Made by a program: the position numbers and the translations under genes. The notes under the pieces were generated by a model that did no database searches, was not told the DNA's origin, and worked only from the letters and a program-made list of their open reading frames with translations. A stretch of 64,000 nucleotides of DNA from Octopus bimaculoides (lineage: Eukaryota), in the NCBI RefSeq assembly GCF_001194135.2, contig NC_068981.1, forward strand, positions 108,286,886 through 108,350,885, in the 5' to 3' direction. Of this stretch, positions 10,230 through 24,638 are shown one piece after another. Every line of letters starts with the position of its first letter. Position 1 is the stretch's first letter.

Positions 10230-13200
10230 ATAATCATTGTCATCAACATTGAATGTCCTTTTTCCATGCTGACATGGGTTCGACAGCTTGACAGGAACTG
10301 GTAAAGCCAGAGGCTGCACCAGATTCCATAGTCTGTTTTGACTTGGTTTCTTTGGCTGGATACCCTTCCCAATGCCAACCACTCCACAGTATACTGAGTG
10401 CTTTTTATGTGGCACCAGTGCTTTTTACATGGCACCAGCACCCACACCAACACTTTAATGTAGCATCTTGGTTTTCAGACCTCAATTATCTTGGTCCTTT
10501 GTCATCTCCTCTGCAAAGTTCAGCGTTTTGAGATCGACCTTCAAAACTTCATCCTATGTATTCTTGAGTCTCCCTTGTCCATAACTTACCTCTACTTTAA
10601 GTGATCAGCACTTCTTTATGTAACTGTCCTCATCCATATGCTTCACATGACCAAACCAGTGCAGTCTTCTCTCTTGCACACTGCATATAATTCCTCTTGT
10701 TCCCAACCTCTCCCTCAATACACCAATGCTCTGTCACACATGCACACTGACATCACGCATCTAGTAGAGCATACCAGCTTCATTCCTTTCTAATCTTTGC
10801 ATGTCCTCTGCATTCAGGGCCCACATTTCACTACCATGCAGCATCGCAGTTCATATAATCTTTCCTTCACTCAGAGTGAGAGAGACCTTTGGTTGCCAAA
10901 GAGGTAAAAGCTCTCTGAACATTCTCCATCCTATTTTTATTCTAGCAGTTACACTTTCTGTACAAGCTCCTCTACTGCTAATTAGGTCACCTAGATAGCA
11001 AAAATTATCTACAACTTCCAGAGATCCACCAGGACATTTAAGGAAATCAGTTTCTTGTGTATTTGTGGTCTTTATGGTTCCCTTACATCTTCTCTGTTAA
11101 TCTTCCAACTATTTCACTGCACCTCTTGTGTGTCCATAGCTTGCACTGGGTACACCAGATGGAATTTCTGCCTACACCCATCCTACATATGGAGCAGGGT
11201 CACTTACCTGATGGGTGAAGGGTCCTGTTTAATTTCTTGGTGACTAGGACCTTGGTCTTTGCTAAGTTTACTTTAAGACCCTTAGATTCCAGGTTCTGTT
11301 TCCACATCTGGAATTTCTTTTCTAATTCTATTAGAGATACTGCTATGAGGGCAAGATCAGCAACATATAGGAATTCTCATGGGCTTCTAGTCTTAAATTC
11401 CTCTCTTGTGGCCTGGAGGACAATGATAAATAGGAGGGGCTGAGGACCAACCTTGTACACCTACCATCACTACTATCATCAGTGTACCCATGGCCAACTC
11501 TTACTTTATTAACAGCACCCCTGTACATGGCCTGTACTGCTTTCACAAGCTATTCATCTATCCCTTGCTTCCTCAGGGACCACCATATTACAGAGCAGGA
11601 TACTCAGTTGAAGGCTTTCTCTAGATCAACAGATGCCAAGTACAACAACTTGTTCTTAACTAAATACTTCTCTTGCAGTTGCTTGACTATGAAAATAGCA
11701 TCAGTGGTGCTTCTTCGCGATGCAAAGCTGAACTACATTTCATCTTGTCTAATTCTGTTCCTAATTAATTGGGCTTATAACTCTCTCCACATCTTTCATC
11801 ACTTGGTCTAGCAATTTGATACCTCTATAATTACTTCTATCTAAGGCATCTGTCTTGTCCTTGTAGCAGCTGACTATAATGCTGCTGCAACAGTCACTAG
11901 AGATTACATCTTCCTGATTAACTATACAGATGACTATACTGTATCCAATTCAACCCGATATCTTGAGCATCTCGGTAGTGACTCCTGATGGGCCAGAGGC
12001 CTTCCTTGTCTTCATATCTTTAATTGCCTATCTATCATGCTGCTGTCAACTAGGATAGCTGGTCCCTCTGTTGGGTTCATTCTCTACATTTAATAGTCTC
12101 ATAGTAGTTCTTGCATGTGTTCCTTTTCAGGATCACTAAGAGCAAGCATACCATTATCTGTCCGTACACACTTCTCTCTTGATTCTCTCTAACAGACTAT
12201 CTGGCATCCAGAACACTGCAAGTCTCTGATCTTCATGCTGTAAGACTTAGGCAAATCTCTTCCTTTCTACTTCTGCCCTTGCTAGATATACCTGACATCT
12301 AGTTTCTCTTTAGGCTATGGTTCTCTACAATCCCCACTCTTCCAGGCCCTTCTCTTCTCTTTTAAAGCCCTGTCTACCTCACTGTTCCACCACTATGTCA
12401 CCTTTGCTTCAACCACAAATTTGTTTTGTTTCCCCTTAGTTGATTGTCCCATAAGAACTTCCAGTTGTCCTCTGCCATATGTCTCTATCTCTACCTCTTC
12501 ATCAAAGGCTTCATTAACCCCTTGCAGATGGGAAGTGGTACTGACCACATTGAAACACTGTGTGTGAGCAGTGCCATGTCTTGCTCTGTGTGGCACTGTG
12601 TTTTCAAATATACCACCCTGAACAGCCTAATACTTGTATACAGCACAGACTGTCAGTACTAAATCCGTCTGCAAGGGGTTAAGGATATCTCTATATCTGT
12701 GTCCATTTAAGCTTCCAGAGCCTCCTTTCCCATATTGGTTCGTGTCTCAGCATCCTTCAAGCTTTAGTCCAAAGTCATTAACCTCTAACCTATGATGAGT
12801 TGTACATTCTTCACCTGGGAAAGACTTTGCATTGAGAATATGCCTGTCTCTGTTTCTGGTGAGGATGTAGTCCATCTGGCTCGTGTGCCCACCAGATTGA
12901 TGGGTGATCAGATGGCTGGTAGGTTTCCTGAAGTTGGTGTTGCATACCATTAAGTCATTTGCATCCCAAAATTCCAGCAGTCTTGTTCCCTCCTCGATTC
13001 TGGATCCAAACCCATAACCTCCATACATGCCATGAAAACCAACACATTCTTTTCCAATATGACCATTGAAGTCTCACCTGCTGAAGGGATTTATAGAAAT
13101 GGTCCTTCTGAATATCTGCAAGTCTGACATGTGGTGTGTATGCAGGAATAAATGACATTGTTACATTAAACAGGACTAATATTAGCATAATAATCCTATC

Positions 13201-13545
13201 ACACAACCTGACTACCTCAATCACCTTATCCACCCATTTCTCTGCCAAAAGAATACCTACACCACCTAACCCATCATTGCTTTCCACCCAGAACTTGTAT
13301 CTATGTATCTTGCCCATGAGCCATCTTGCTGAGTCTTCTTTCCATCATACCTCTTGCACACACCTCCACTCAAGCATTTCAAGCATTTCAACAATCTCAC
13401 CAGACCTACCTTTCATTATGCCGACATTGATTGTGGCAGCTCCATGCTTGTGAACCTGAGATGCTTTGGAGGCAAGTTGTTGGGGATGTTTTCAGCACTC
13501 GGAAAGATTTTAATGGTCTCTTGCCTAAAGGCAATGGGTCCTTAA
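10230..13545 (-). mobile_element. Near-full-length decayed RTE-clade LINE (APE endonuclease, RT, Cys-rich finger, 3' UTR and (GAT)n tail)
   Basis: ORF-track fragments GGVGILLAEKWVDKV, GYGFGSRIEEGTRLLEF, NTNFRKPTSHLIT, KAVQAMYRGAVNKVRVG; 3' part homologous to 33100-34559 and 54173-54808; many stops and frameshifts. Confidence 0.92.
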
Positions 13546-15039
13546 GCTTGGTGTAAGCAGTTACAGGTACAGGTTGTAGCATGGATTACAATTACAATTT
13601 CCTTCAGTCTTGTAAAGCCTTCATGGATACTCAACAATGGGAAGGAAGGGAGCATATAAATTAGAATTTTTCATTATTATTATTAAGGTTACAATTATTT
13701 TTCAGCAATACCACACACACATAATGATAATATATATGTACTTCTAAATCATCACCAGTGTCACATTGTAGACATATATACACAAACATACACTAATATA
13801 CATAAGTGTGTACACATATTATGCAGTGTCCCTGTAAAAATGTAACCTTTGGATAAAGCACAGAAATTGCAGTAGTTGAAAGTATTGAAGCTCCTCTAGT
13901 TTATCCATTTGTTATATTTTACAGCAAAACATATTGAATATGATTTCTGGACACGTACACATGTATATATATTTCTTGCAATGAGATTAAGGAAAGCATT
14001 CATAAACTTAGTTAAAACAATAATAGCACTTTAAACATCCTATACATCACTTTAATCTTTGAAAATAGCACAATTTACCCTTAAAGAAACTTCAGGAACA
14101 AAATACATTACATCGAAATCAATTGCAATCATTCCATCCATCATTCTTAGGAAACTTTGTCAAAACATTTTTTTTGCAACCGTCAAACAATTCTTTAGAT
14201 ATAACCTCATTCAATAAATCACCTAGTATTTATTATGACACTTAGTGGTTTTAATGACAAAATTCAATATACAGCAAGTAGTTGGAGCTAGTAAATCCAT
14301 ATAGAGATCAAATGCAGAACCCAGAGCAATATGGTTACAAAGCCAGCATCTTAAACAACCCTAACCATGTGGCCATGCTGTTGCTATTTTAGTTATTGTA
14401 TTTGTAAAACTGTTAGAGGTTTGGGCAAGATGCTTTACAGTGTCTGCCTCTGCTCTTTGCATTCTGACAGTTTGTAATGACATGGGTGTCAGGCTGTATC
14501 AAGTCCAAGTCAACAGCCTTTTTCCTTGGATAAGCATGAATGGCAAGTAGAACACAAACTTGCATGTATGGGCAGCTGTTGTCTTCCTCAAAATATCATG
14601 CTCAGGTCTGCATACACATGTGCAGATGCATGAACAACATTATTCAATGGAGATCCTACATAAATACATATACAATATAGTGGTTCGGAATTTCAGGTTA
14701 AGAACTAAAGCTGTTGACTATAGACTTCGCACATGCTACGAGTAAATATCAAATTCTGTTAAAGAGGTGAACATATTTAATAATGTTCTACATGGCTGAG
14801 ATCATATGGGATAAACCTTCCAGTGACATTGGTACCTACTTTTCAGCATTGAAATGACTATGAAAATATATGTAAAAGTTTGGTGGACAGATTGATAAGA
14901 TACAAAAAGCATACTCATTATCATGCATTTCTGACCAATTACCATGGTTATCCATTGTACAAACTTATTTTTAAAGTAATTTTATAAATACTCTTAGACC
15001 AGTTAGACTGATGTAGCTAATATTAGACTTAAGCTCTTA

Positions 15040-15510
15040 CATCTATAAGTTGATGACTGCAGAAAGGGAATTCATCAAGAGGGTTACTGTTCTGGGAATG
15101 AAACATGAGAGATGAAATAGATGAGTTGGATATATAATTGTGAAAAGTAGACAGCATTTAAGTAGCTGTAGAAGGGGTAGAGTTAGGAAACAGTGTGTCT
15201 GGATGAGTAGTTGAATTGTGTTGGTGTACGACTCATCTTCAATCAATCAGATAGATTTTTTTTTGGATATGTTCAGAAAAGTTCAAGTATCTGCAGCACT
15301 AGCCAAGTTGTAGAACAGTATTTTGTTGTAGAGTCTTTCGTGGGATTTATAAAAATTCAGCCACTGTTCAGAACTGAAGACCCTTCTGGACCCAATGAGG
15401 AAGGCTAGTCTTCAGAGATTTTGATATGTTATGAATGTAAGATTGTCAGAAAAGATCATCAGTGATTGCAAGGCCTAACATTTATAATGACTTTGAGGGT
15501 TCTAGTTGCT
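15040..15510 (-). mobile_element. CR1/L2-type LINE 3' end relic
   Basis: RLAFLIGSRRVFSSEQWLNFYK...SI*LIEDESYTNTIQLL...SCFIPRTVTLLMNSL matches the LGFL..R.F..EQ.L.LYK / SFIPRT..LWNSL C-terminus. Confidence 0.7.
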
Positions 15511-17289
15511 TGTTGCCCATAGGTGATTAATTACAAAACAAAGAATTAAATATATTAATGCAGAGAGATGAAAGTATCTGACTGTAATGTTCGGTGTTCT
15601 CTCTCAAAGCACAAACATTATCCAATATTTTGCTATTTTATTTCTTCTGAATTAAGCCAACTGCTGAAATGCAGAGTTATAGATTGGAGTTTTTAAACTT
15701 GGTAAAATAACAGCCAAATCTCCTACAAATCACACCTAACCATTCTAAAAATGGGACACATCGGATAATGTAATCTTAGATATACTATGTCTGAAAAAAG
15801 TTAGAATGCCTTTTGATCATGGGTTTACTAAATATGGGCTCATCTGTTTCTAGATAACAACTGATATAGTATTGACTCATTAGCAAAAATTTGTAGATTT
15901 AAATGTGATTTGAATATGAAATGAAACAGCTGTGTGAATGTTATGACTTTAGGTTGACCAGAAAACCTTATTGTTTGTCATTAGCAAGTAACTAATAAGG
16001 AAAATAGATATTGCAACAGCCAAAAGGACTTGAAAAATTGCTTAACTTCTAATATTTGAAGGTATTCAAAAAATTAAATATCTGTTTTGTTTTTCAGCAA
16101 ATGTAGAAGCATTTTAAACTCATATAATAAAGCAGACATATTAGATTTTAACAAAAAAAGTGAATTGCAGATATCATGCTAAGCTAGTGTATAGGTAGTG
16201 ACTATGGAAATAATTGAACGATTAGTAATAAAACCCGGTCAAAATTCCATTTAAAGAGGAAAAGAAATCTGAAGAAATGCAAAATAAACAATTACAGAAA
16301 ATGTAATTAGGAATTTTCCTGTTCTAGAACCCAAGGGAGAGTACTCAACCATTACTTCTCAAACTAAAATACTTCACCTTCACTATCAGCATAGGTAGAA
16401 AAAAATAAGCAAAACATTAAAGTGTTGAATTAAGTAAACTATTTAGATTCCTGTCTAAGTGAATTGACCTTTCATTCGTTAGTTTCAATAAAATAGATAT
16501 CCATTATATATACGAGTATGTAAATACAATATTTGCTTATATCTATAAATTATATTCTTTTGATGCAGCCTTGGATGTTTTGTATAGCAGTAGCATTGTC
16601 CTGGATATGAGAGAAGTATTACAATGTGGATTTTTCTTGTGCTTTTATAGAAGTCAACAGTTATTTTAGGCTGAACTAGTTTCTGAATCAGAAAGGCCAA
16701 TCTTTAGAATGCAGTTTTTGCCATATAATAATCCTTTCTACTATAGGCACAAGGCCTGAAATTTTAGTGGAAGGTGGGAGTAGTTGATTAAATCAACTCC
16801 AATGCTAGTACTTATTTTATCAACCTCAAAATAATAAAAGACAAAGTCAACCGTAGCAGAATCATTCTGTCCAGTGTGCTAATGACTCTGCCAGCTTGCC
16901 ACCTTTTTTTCTAGGTCAAGTGGGATCACCAGACCAAGACTAGGGAGAGTATGTACAATAATTATGTATCTACTTTTGAAGGAAACAAAACTGTCAAGTT
17001 GCCATTGGAGAATGTTTTGAGAATCTCTAAAACTCAAATTTCCAAGGAGAGGATATGACTGGCATTTCAGGTCATGATTTTGATCATTAATGAAATTGTC
17101 AGTTCTCATGTACCTACCACTAGTAAGAGAGAAAAATGTATCAAAGGAATACTAATTAAATACCATTGAATATGCCAACACATTCCAAATGATTAAAGTA
17201 TGCAGTAATTTTAAACATTTGAATTTTGTACCATCACCACCACCACCACTACTAAATGAAATAATGTAAAAGTGAAAAATGTATGTTTT

Positions 17290-20200
17290 AGAAAAAATAA
17301 ATTTGCAAGTTTATTTTCTTTGTTTTAAAATGTGTACATTTGAAAGATTTGCATTACAGCATCAAAAAGAGGGGGAAAAAACTACAATTTTCTCACAGGA
17401 AGAAAAATAAAAAACAGTTTCAGTGTTTACTGCTTATATATAACCAAACACCATTGAAAGCATACATACAATAAAGTGTTGAAATTTTTGTGAAATACAA
17501 TTTATATAACAAAGAATAGCTTTTTAACTGGCAATAACCACAATAAGATAGTTCTCACAGGCTTTTTTTTTTTAAATAACTTCTAATTAAAGAAAGAAAA
17601 AACTTAAGGACTTAAGTTTTTTTTCTTCACAAACTTTTGAAAGCTTTCAAGAAACTGGAGATTAACTAGTAAAATTATTGATTCTATAACAATTAGGCAA
17701 ACACTGCAGAATAATTGTAAACACCTTGTATACTAAGTCTGCAATATTTGTTTGATTCCTAGTGGAGTTTTTTCATTCCTTAATCTCTTATTCCTGTGAT
17801 TTCTGACTAATATCAGGCTTGCAGAGAGGAATTCTATCTACCATGCTTACATGTCATCAATACACAACATGAAGATTTCAGTGGCAATTAATGACCTAAG
17901 AAAAGTTAATTTCAATAACGTGTTACATGTGGTATACTCAAATCTGGATAAATGTCAAATGATTTGATATTGTATTTAGAAAATTATTGTTTAAATAAAC
18001 TCCCTTACCGCCAACAAGTCTGATAACATTAATTTACTTTGACAAGGCACAGGATCAATTTTAATAGATAGAAACTGAGTTGCTTCCTGTATTTATTTTT
18101 ATTGACACTATAGAAATGAAATATTAAGTCACCCAGCCTTATTTTGAGCTCCAGTGAGCTACAAATCAAATGTTAAAAAAAGAATTTAGACAGACGGAAA
18201 TCATTTGTTACCAAATCCATTATTAGAATCCATGCAAGCAGAGAAGAATAAATTCTATGAAAACTTGAAACCAACTTTTGAGTGAAAGAATTTCACTGGT
18301 AATATCTTTTTATTTTAATGTGGAATGTGTGGCAAGAGAGTTTAGTTATGAGCTGTCTCATTGAAAACAAAGCATTTTCTGTATGACTTTCTACTATAGT
18401 TATTTTAATGAAGATAACGCAATAAGATTTAAGATTGGTTGGCTTTTACAGAAGGCACAAAGGCCATTTATAAGAAATAAGAAGTTGCGAGGTCCTGTCT
18501 CTTCTAAGAGTATCAGTAATATAAGTTGAAGCAAAATCGTTTCAACCAAATATCAGTATTGTCACAGTCTCACCTTGCTAGGAACTTATCATTGGCGCTA
18601 TGGGTAAAAAATAAAGCCATATTAAAAGTAATATGTATATGTGTAAAATTTAATGGATATGATCGAGATAATCATGCACCAAACTAAGTGCTTTACAATA
18701 TTAAATTTCTTTTCGATTCCAAATTTAAAAACCTTCAACTTTAGTAATCACTCCAAAGTCAAAATAAGAACCAGTAGTAAATTACAATAAACTCAACAGA
18801 CTATAAACTCGGCTAAACCCCCAAATTCACCTTTGTGCCTAGCTAAAGAAATGACATATATAAGAAGAGAAAGCTTTGAAACAAAATTATTTACAATTAC
18901 CAAAGATGTGTTTATAGCTTTGATATTAAGGTTATAAATACAGGCATGCAATTTTTCAATTAATAAAGATAACATCTAGTGGGTGAAAGTCATAAACCAG
19001 ATGCAGGCAGTAGACAGCAAAACTGCCTTTATAAATTGAACAAATTAGAGACTATGTTTAAAGCTGTAAAAAATACATCTTTGATAATCAAAACTTAAAT
19101 CAATGGTGTGAATAATTTTGTTCCAAGCTATATTCAACACAATATGTTTTAAATGTATTATAATACACTTGTGTACTTAAAATTTGTGCCTCTTAGAAAA
19201 AAATGTGAAACAAATAGTAATGCACAAATAAATCATGTGTAAAACATAATACTGAAACAGGACTTATATATATTACGGTGTAATGTATCATTTTAAAATA
19301 AAAGACAGTGTAATACATGTCACCTTAAAAAGATTGGTTAACCTCATAAGAAGGAATAAATATGGTACCAAGAAGACAAGATGTCAAACTCATAAAATAG
19401 GTCCAAACTGAGCTCTTATGACATGTTAATTAATATACTCTTACATTTTTGGTTCAAAACAAAAATTATATTGCTCCAGGACATACTTAAGCCAGCAGAC
19501 CTGTTTGTACTATGTTTCTCAAAGTACTTTGAAACAAATATATAACCAGCACTGCAAAGTTATGGCTGATTTATAATTCATTCTAATAAAAGATTTTGTA
19601 AATAATTTTTTAAGAAATAAGCAGCCAGAACTGAAATTTAACTAAAAGTAATTTACAACATATATCTTTAAATGCAAAAAAGATTATTCAACTAATAATA
19701 TGCAAAATGAAAACTTGTGACAGAAAAAGAGAATGTGAAAATATTAAATATCATTCAAGAATTTAAGGTGAAAAATTTAGTAATACATATATAAACAGAT
19801 ATAAAATTATATATACTTCTTTAGAGTACTTGAAAATTTCTTCCTTCAGAGAAAAAAAGATAAAAATATTGATACATAAACTGAAATATTTTTTTATTTG
19901 AAATTTCATAACATAACATGACTGTGAGAACATTTATTAAATTATAATTACCATGGGAGAATTATATTAAAAAAAAAAAAAAAGGAGAGCTTTAACTTAT
20001 ATTATCTCTCTCAACACATTTTGTCTTTCAACAATCTAAATTTTTTCAAATAGTAGGGTTGTCACAAACTTGTGGGAAAAATTTGTATTAAGACATTTTT
20101 TTGATTCCCTTTAATTGCTTACTAAATGTAATTTGATTGAAAAAAATTAATTAATACATGTAAGGATGCTCTTAAAAATCTAAGCTGCAAGTGTCAAACA

Positions 20201-23200
20201 ACTTTATTTATGATGAATAACTTATAGGAAACTCATTTCTTTAAAGTACTAAACAGATATTGAAATGAAATCCAATTGTATAGATTGGCAAGATTTGTTT
20301 ATTAATTTTGTGAACTATTACATTAAAAAAGACTATGCCAAAATAAACGAAATGCAAAGAATTTTCTCACTGGCAAAAAAAAAGAAAAAAAAAAAGGGTT
20401 GGATAAAATAAAGTATTTTTTTAAAAAACAATATAACAATAAAAAGACTATAAATCTTGAAGGTTTCTTGAAAATGAGTAATATTAAGTTGTCCCTTTCA
20501 TTCTCTAATAATCTCCAGGTCCATCATACCATGCCTACATACTTATGGTTTTTCTTCAAAGAGAAAAATCTGTCATCAGATGTGTGAACCATACCAGGAG
20601 GGAAAAGTATTATCTAGATAATTGTAATTATTTTTCATAATGTTTAGATTGTTAATTATAGAGAACTTTAAAAAGGGTTTCAAGGAACAAAATTAAAATG
20701 TGCTGTTGTATAAAATGTTAGGAAAGAATAGAGGTAAGTGTGGCCAGCTTCCATCAAAGATGAAATTCAATATGTTGGAGGAATAAATTACATGCTCTTT
20801 CAACTTTTCACTGGATACTCACAATATTAAGGATATAATACTTGGAGGATTATTGGAAAAAGATTCCTTTGACATTTTAAATGATTGATATTAAATATAT
20901 CAATAAAATATCAATTGTTTTCAATAATGATATTTAGATGACCTCAACAAAATAACATATATTTACTGATATATAAGATATTATAGACAATAAAGAATTA
21001 TTTATGTTTGGGGTCTTATGTAAATAATGACGTGAATACAATTCTTTTCCAGGAAAATATGTATTGTTTGACTAATACCATGATGGCACATTACAAGTCA
21101 CTGCTTCTGAAAGTTAGAGAGTTGGTTAGATGAATTTCAAGAAATTTGGAATAAGCAAATTATTTGAATGGAAAATACTGAGTAGTAAATAATTTTATAT
21201 AGTTTAACATGATTGTCATGGCAGGGATGAAGACGAAATAAAATTAGAAACTAACTTATTGAACTTGCTAAATATATGAAGAAATAAAGAGTAACCAATG
21301 AAGTTTTATAGCCAGAGTTTTGTCTAAATTCTCAATTTAGGCAATTTATAAAGTCTAGGGGAAAAAATGCACTTGATTGTCAGCTTCTATTTTAAACGCA
21401 AAACTTTAATTTTATAAATGTTATTTAGGTGATGACAATACTTATCATATAATTCTAGAGTAAATTTCATAGCTTTAATGATTTTGTTTTGGTAAATCAT
21501 GATTGATGGATAACAGTTTCGAAGAGAAAGGAGAATAGAAAAACTCCTGTTAATGTATAACTGGCGACTAGGACTACAAATCTGAATTTGAGAGGCTATT
21601 ATAACTTGATCACTTAGGTCTGGAGAACTGAACAAATGGTATCAATGTAACACAGTGTCAGTCGGTCAAGAGGTCTGGTAAACTGAGCTCGTGTTACTAA
21701 TGTAGCCTGGTCAGTATGTCAGAGCTGAGCTAGAGATGTAGGTGTAGTCATCATTTAACGTCCGCCTTCATGCTAAATGATGATGATGACTACACCTACA
21801 TCTCTAGCTCAGCTCTCCAGACATACTGACCAAGCTACATTAATAATACTAGCTCAGTTTACCAGACTTCTTGACCAACTGACACTGTGTTACATTGATA
21901 CCATTTGTTCAGTTCCCCAGTAGTCTGTTTGTTTAATCAGTGTTCAAACAAGTTAAAGACAGTATAAGCTGGTATCAGAAAGAAAGCTGATTCACATGTT
22001 TCTTTGCTAGATTCACTTCTATAATCTCCATTATAACACCCTCAGCTCCTTTGAACTATTAAAACAAAAACATCTTCCAATGAAGTTCATTTGATTCATG
22101 TAGGTCTTACAGTTTCACATTCAGGTCTCACAATGTTTTTTTCCCCCCAGACATCAACCTACATAAATTTAAGCTGAATATCAACAGCATTAATCTCGTT
22201 GCTTGCTCTTTCTCTACCTGATTAATAACTGAGTAAAGAATTATCACAAAACCCCAACAAATATTCAGTTTATGTTATTTACATCACCAGTTACTGATTT
22301 TGATTGATAACCTTAATCAGTGAAGTACTATTTGATTAAGATGAAGCTAGGCAGTATTTATTTCAGCATTTCACGACGAAAAATAATGGGTATAGTTGTT
22401 TGGTCAGTGAATTTCTGTTACAAGCATGTGGTTCAGATTTGATCCTACTGTGAGAAACCTTGGACAAATGTCTTATATCATAACCTCATGCTGATCATTA
22501 TCTAGTATGGAAGCCCATTTTATACATATGTATGTGCATATATCATTCATTTACATATATTGGTGAAAAGTATAACGATCAAGAAATCTGATAAACCAGC
22601 GCCTTCAATATCTTGTGGCATTTTTTTGCATCTGAGTTGCTCAAATGCTCCCATGCAGTGAAATAAGTGATTGTTTCATCAGAGACCTCTACTCAAACAA
22701 TGTTATTTAATAAAATCCAATAAAAAAATCAATATTAGAACTGAATAAATAATCAATCTGAACTTAACAAAAAACCTAGACCATAAAAAATAGAACTCAA
22801 AACATTTAGTAACGTAATAGAAATATTAAATTATGTTATTTTGATTATCATATAAATTAGATAATTCAATACAACCAGTTAAGTGGAGGGCTTTAGGAGG
22901 TAAAAAAATTTAAATAAGTGTAAATAATTTGAAGTATTGTCCAAAAGTTGTTAGCAAGTGCATGATAATGGAAGGATAATATAAAATAAAAAGAAACAAT
23001 ATGTAAATGGAATTATTTCTATGTAATAAAAACATTTAATATATTAGATACAAAATATAATTATAAATAATCATTTTATACAATTGTGAAGTGAGACATT
23101 TCATACTAATTAGGAATCAAAATTCTGAATGCATATCTACATATCATTCAAGATTTGATAATTGATGATATATAGTGATCTTGTCTAACAAGTTACTAAA

Positions 23201-24638
23201 AGTAACAACCATTATCAATGGAAAAAAAAAATGTCCCTCTCTTTCTTACATTTATTACAAAACTATATAATCACACCTTACTATTTTTTAACGTCCTTAA
23301 TTACTCTTTGAACTGAAGAAATGTTACTAAAATATGAAGGTAGTATAAATTTACATATAAAGGTTTACTTCATTCTATTTAAATCTTTAAACTCAGTAAC
23401 TGATAATCTTTTCATTGATTTCTAGTTTTCTTTTAATGTACAGTCATATGAGATAACAATTTCGATTATTAGGCATCAAAAGTATTGCCATATCATAACA
23501 ACATATTTTATGCAAACTTCTTAGGTCTTTGGAAATTGTGTGAAACATTATATAAACTATATGTTTTATATACAGATTTTTCCAGTGAATTGTTATAGTT
23601 TAAGCAGAGGTGTCAACAACAGAAATAAGCTCTAACCTGAAACACTATATCTGGAAGAAAACATTCAAATAAATTTAAATAAACATGGAATTTGGTAACC
23701 ATATATATATATATAATCAGATCACTGTTTTATCTTAAACTTCAAAGGCTTTTACTAGTAGCCAAAGAACAACTGTATTGCTATACTGCTTCTTATAATC
23801 CAAGTCAATCAATATTGGAATTTAATTCAGTTAAATTGGATAACAAATTTTAAAAATAAAAAAGATGACCTTGAAAAAATATTTTAACATCTAATATTTT
23901 AATTCCAATTCTTGTGAATAGTAAAACCAAATTTTCATTTATTTATTTACATTACTTTTAATAAATCTCTTCAAATATTTAAGAGATTTAATTATTTCAG
24001 AATGTTCATATCATTAGTTACAACTAAATTCATACATTTAAGAACCAGGTGGCAAAACTCTAAATATTTACAGCTTTAAAAAGGAATTGAAAAATCCAAC
24101 TGGAAAAAAAAAAACTTATATTAAACAAAAAATTTTTATTAAATAAAAAATTATGCATGGTTGGTAAAATATCAAAAATGTAAGTTACTATGTAAAATGT
24201 TATGAGCACTATAGCATTGCTGAAGACTATGTCTCTGGATTTACTTGTGCTATATTTCTTTAAGTATTCTATAAAATTGCAGTTTATAAGATAAAATCAT
24301 ACTTATTAGGAGACGAGAGATTCCAATCTTCTCAACCAAACAGTTATGTAAAGTTCTTTTTCAAAACTCAAGATTTCAAGGTGAGGAACAATAATAATAT
24401 ATTCAATAGAAATTATTCATAAGCAGTAATAAATACTAGATAATAAAAAAGAATAAATTTCTATGATATTCCAACAAATTAAAATTGGTTATATTAAAGA
24501 AACTCAAGACATATCAAGCTTTATATGTTCTCCTGTCAAACTTGAATATGCTTTCCAACATCATTATTTGTTTTAGTCAAAGAACCACAATAAGAAGTTT
24601 ACAAAACATCATTTTGTATATATTATATACCATCAGTA
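17290..24638 (-). other. Putative long 3' UTR of the LIM gene, candidate distal poly(A) signal AATAAA at 17310-17315 (minus strand)
   Basis: Directly follows the stop codon; nearly free of TEs, unlike both flanks; U-rich on the sense strand; AATAAA is followed by U/GU-rich sequence. The true end is not provable without RNA data. Confidence 0.45.
21620..21920. repeat. Near-perfect inverted repeat (arms 21620-21757 and 21774-21920, 16-nt loop)
   Basis: gaactgaacaaatggtatcaatgtaacacagtgtcag... versus ...ctgacactgtgttacattgataccatttgttcagttc; about 7 substitutions and two short indels by manual alignment. Confidence 0.95.

Noticed and set aside
13500-13640. HDV-like ribozyme at the RTE 5' end
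   Set aside because: Sequence too degraded; no nested double pseudoknot could be drawn
14128-14148. TEAD (CATTCC) motifs suggesting YAP feedback (also near 45119, 47521, 59505, 60782)
   Set aside because: A 6-mer at this frequency is expected by chance, and there is no convincing tandem cluster
14090-14240. Minus-strand frame LLNEVISKELFDGCKKNVLTKFPKNDGWNDCN* resembling a terminal exon
   Set aside because: No polypyrimidine acceptor and no homology recognised
20540-20580. Other CTGANGA hammerhead-core matches (also near 27440, 31155, 32154, 38600, 50356, 63052)
   Set aside because: No closing stem II followed by GAAA and a stem I/III arrangement
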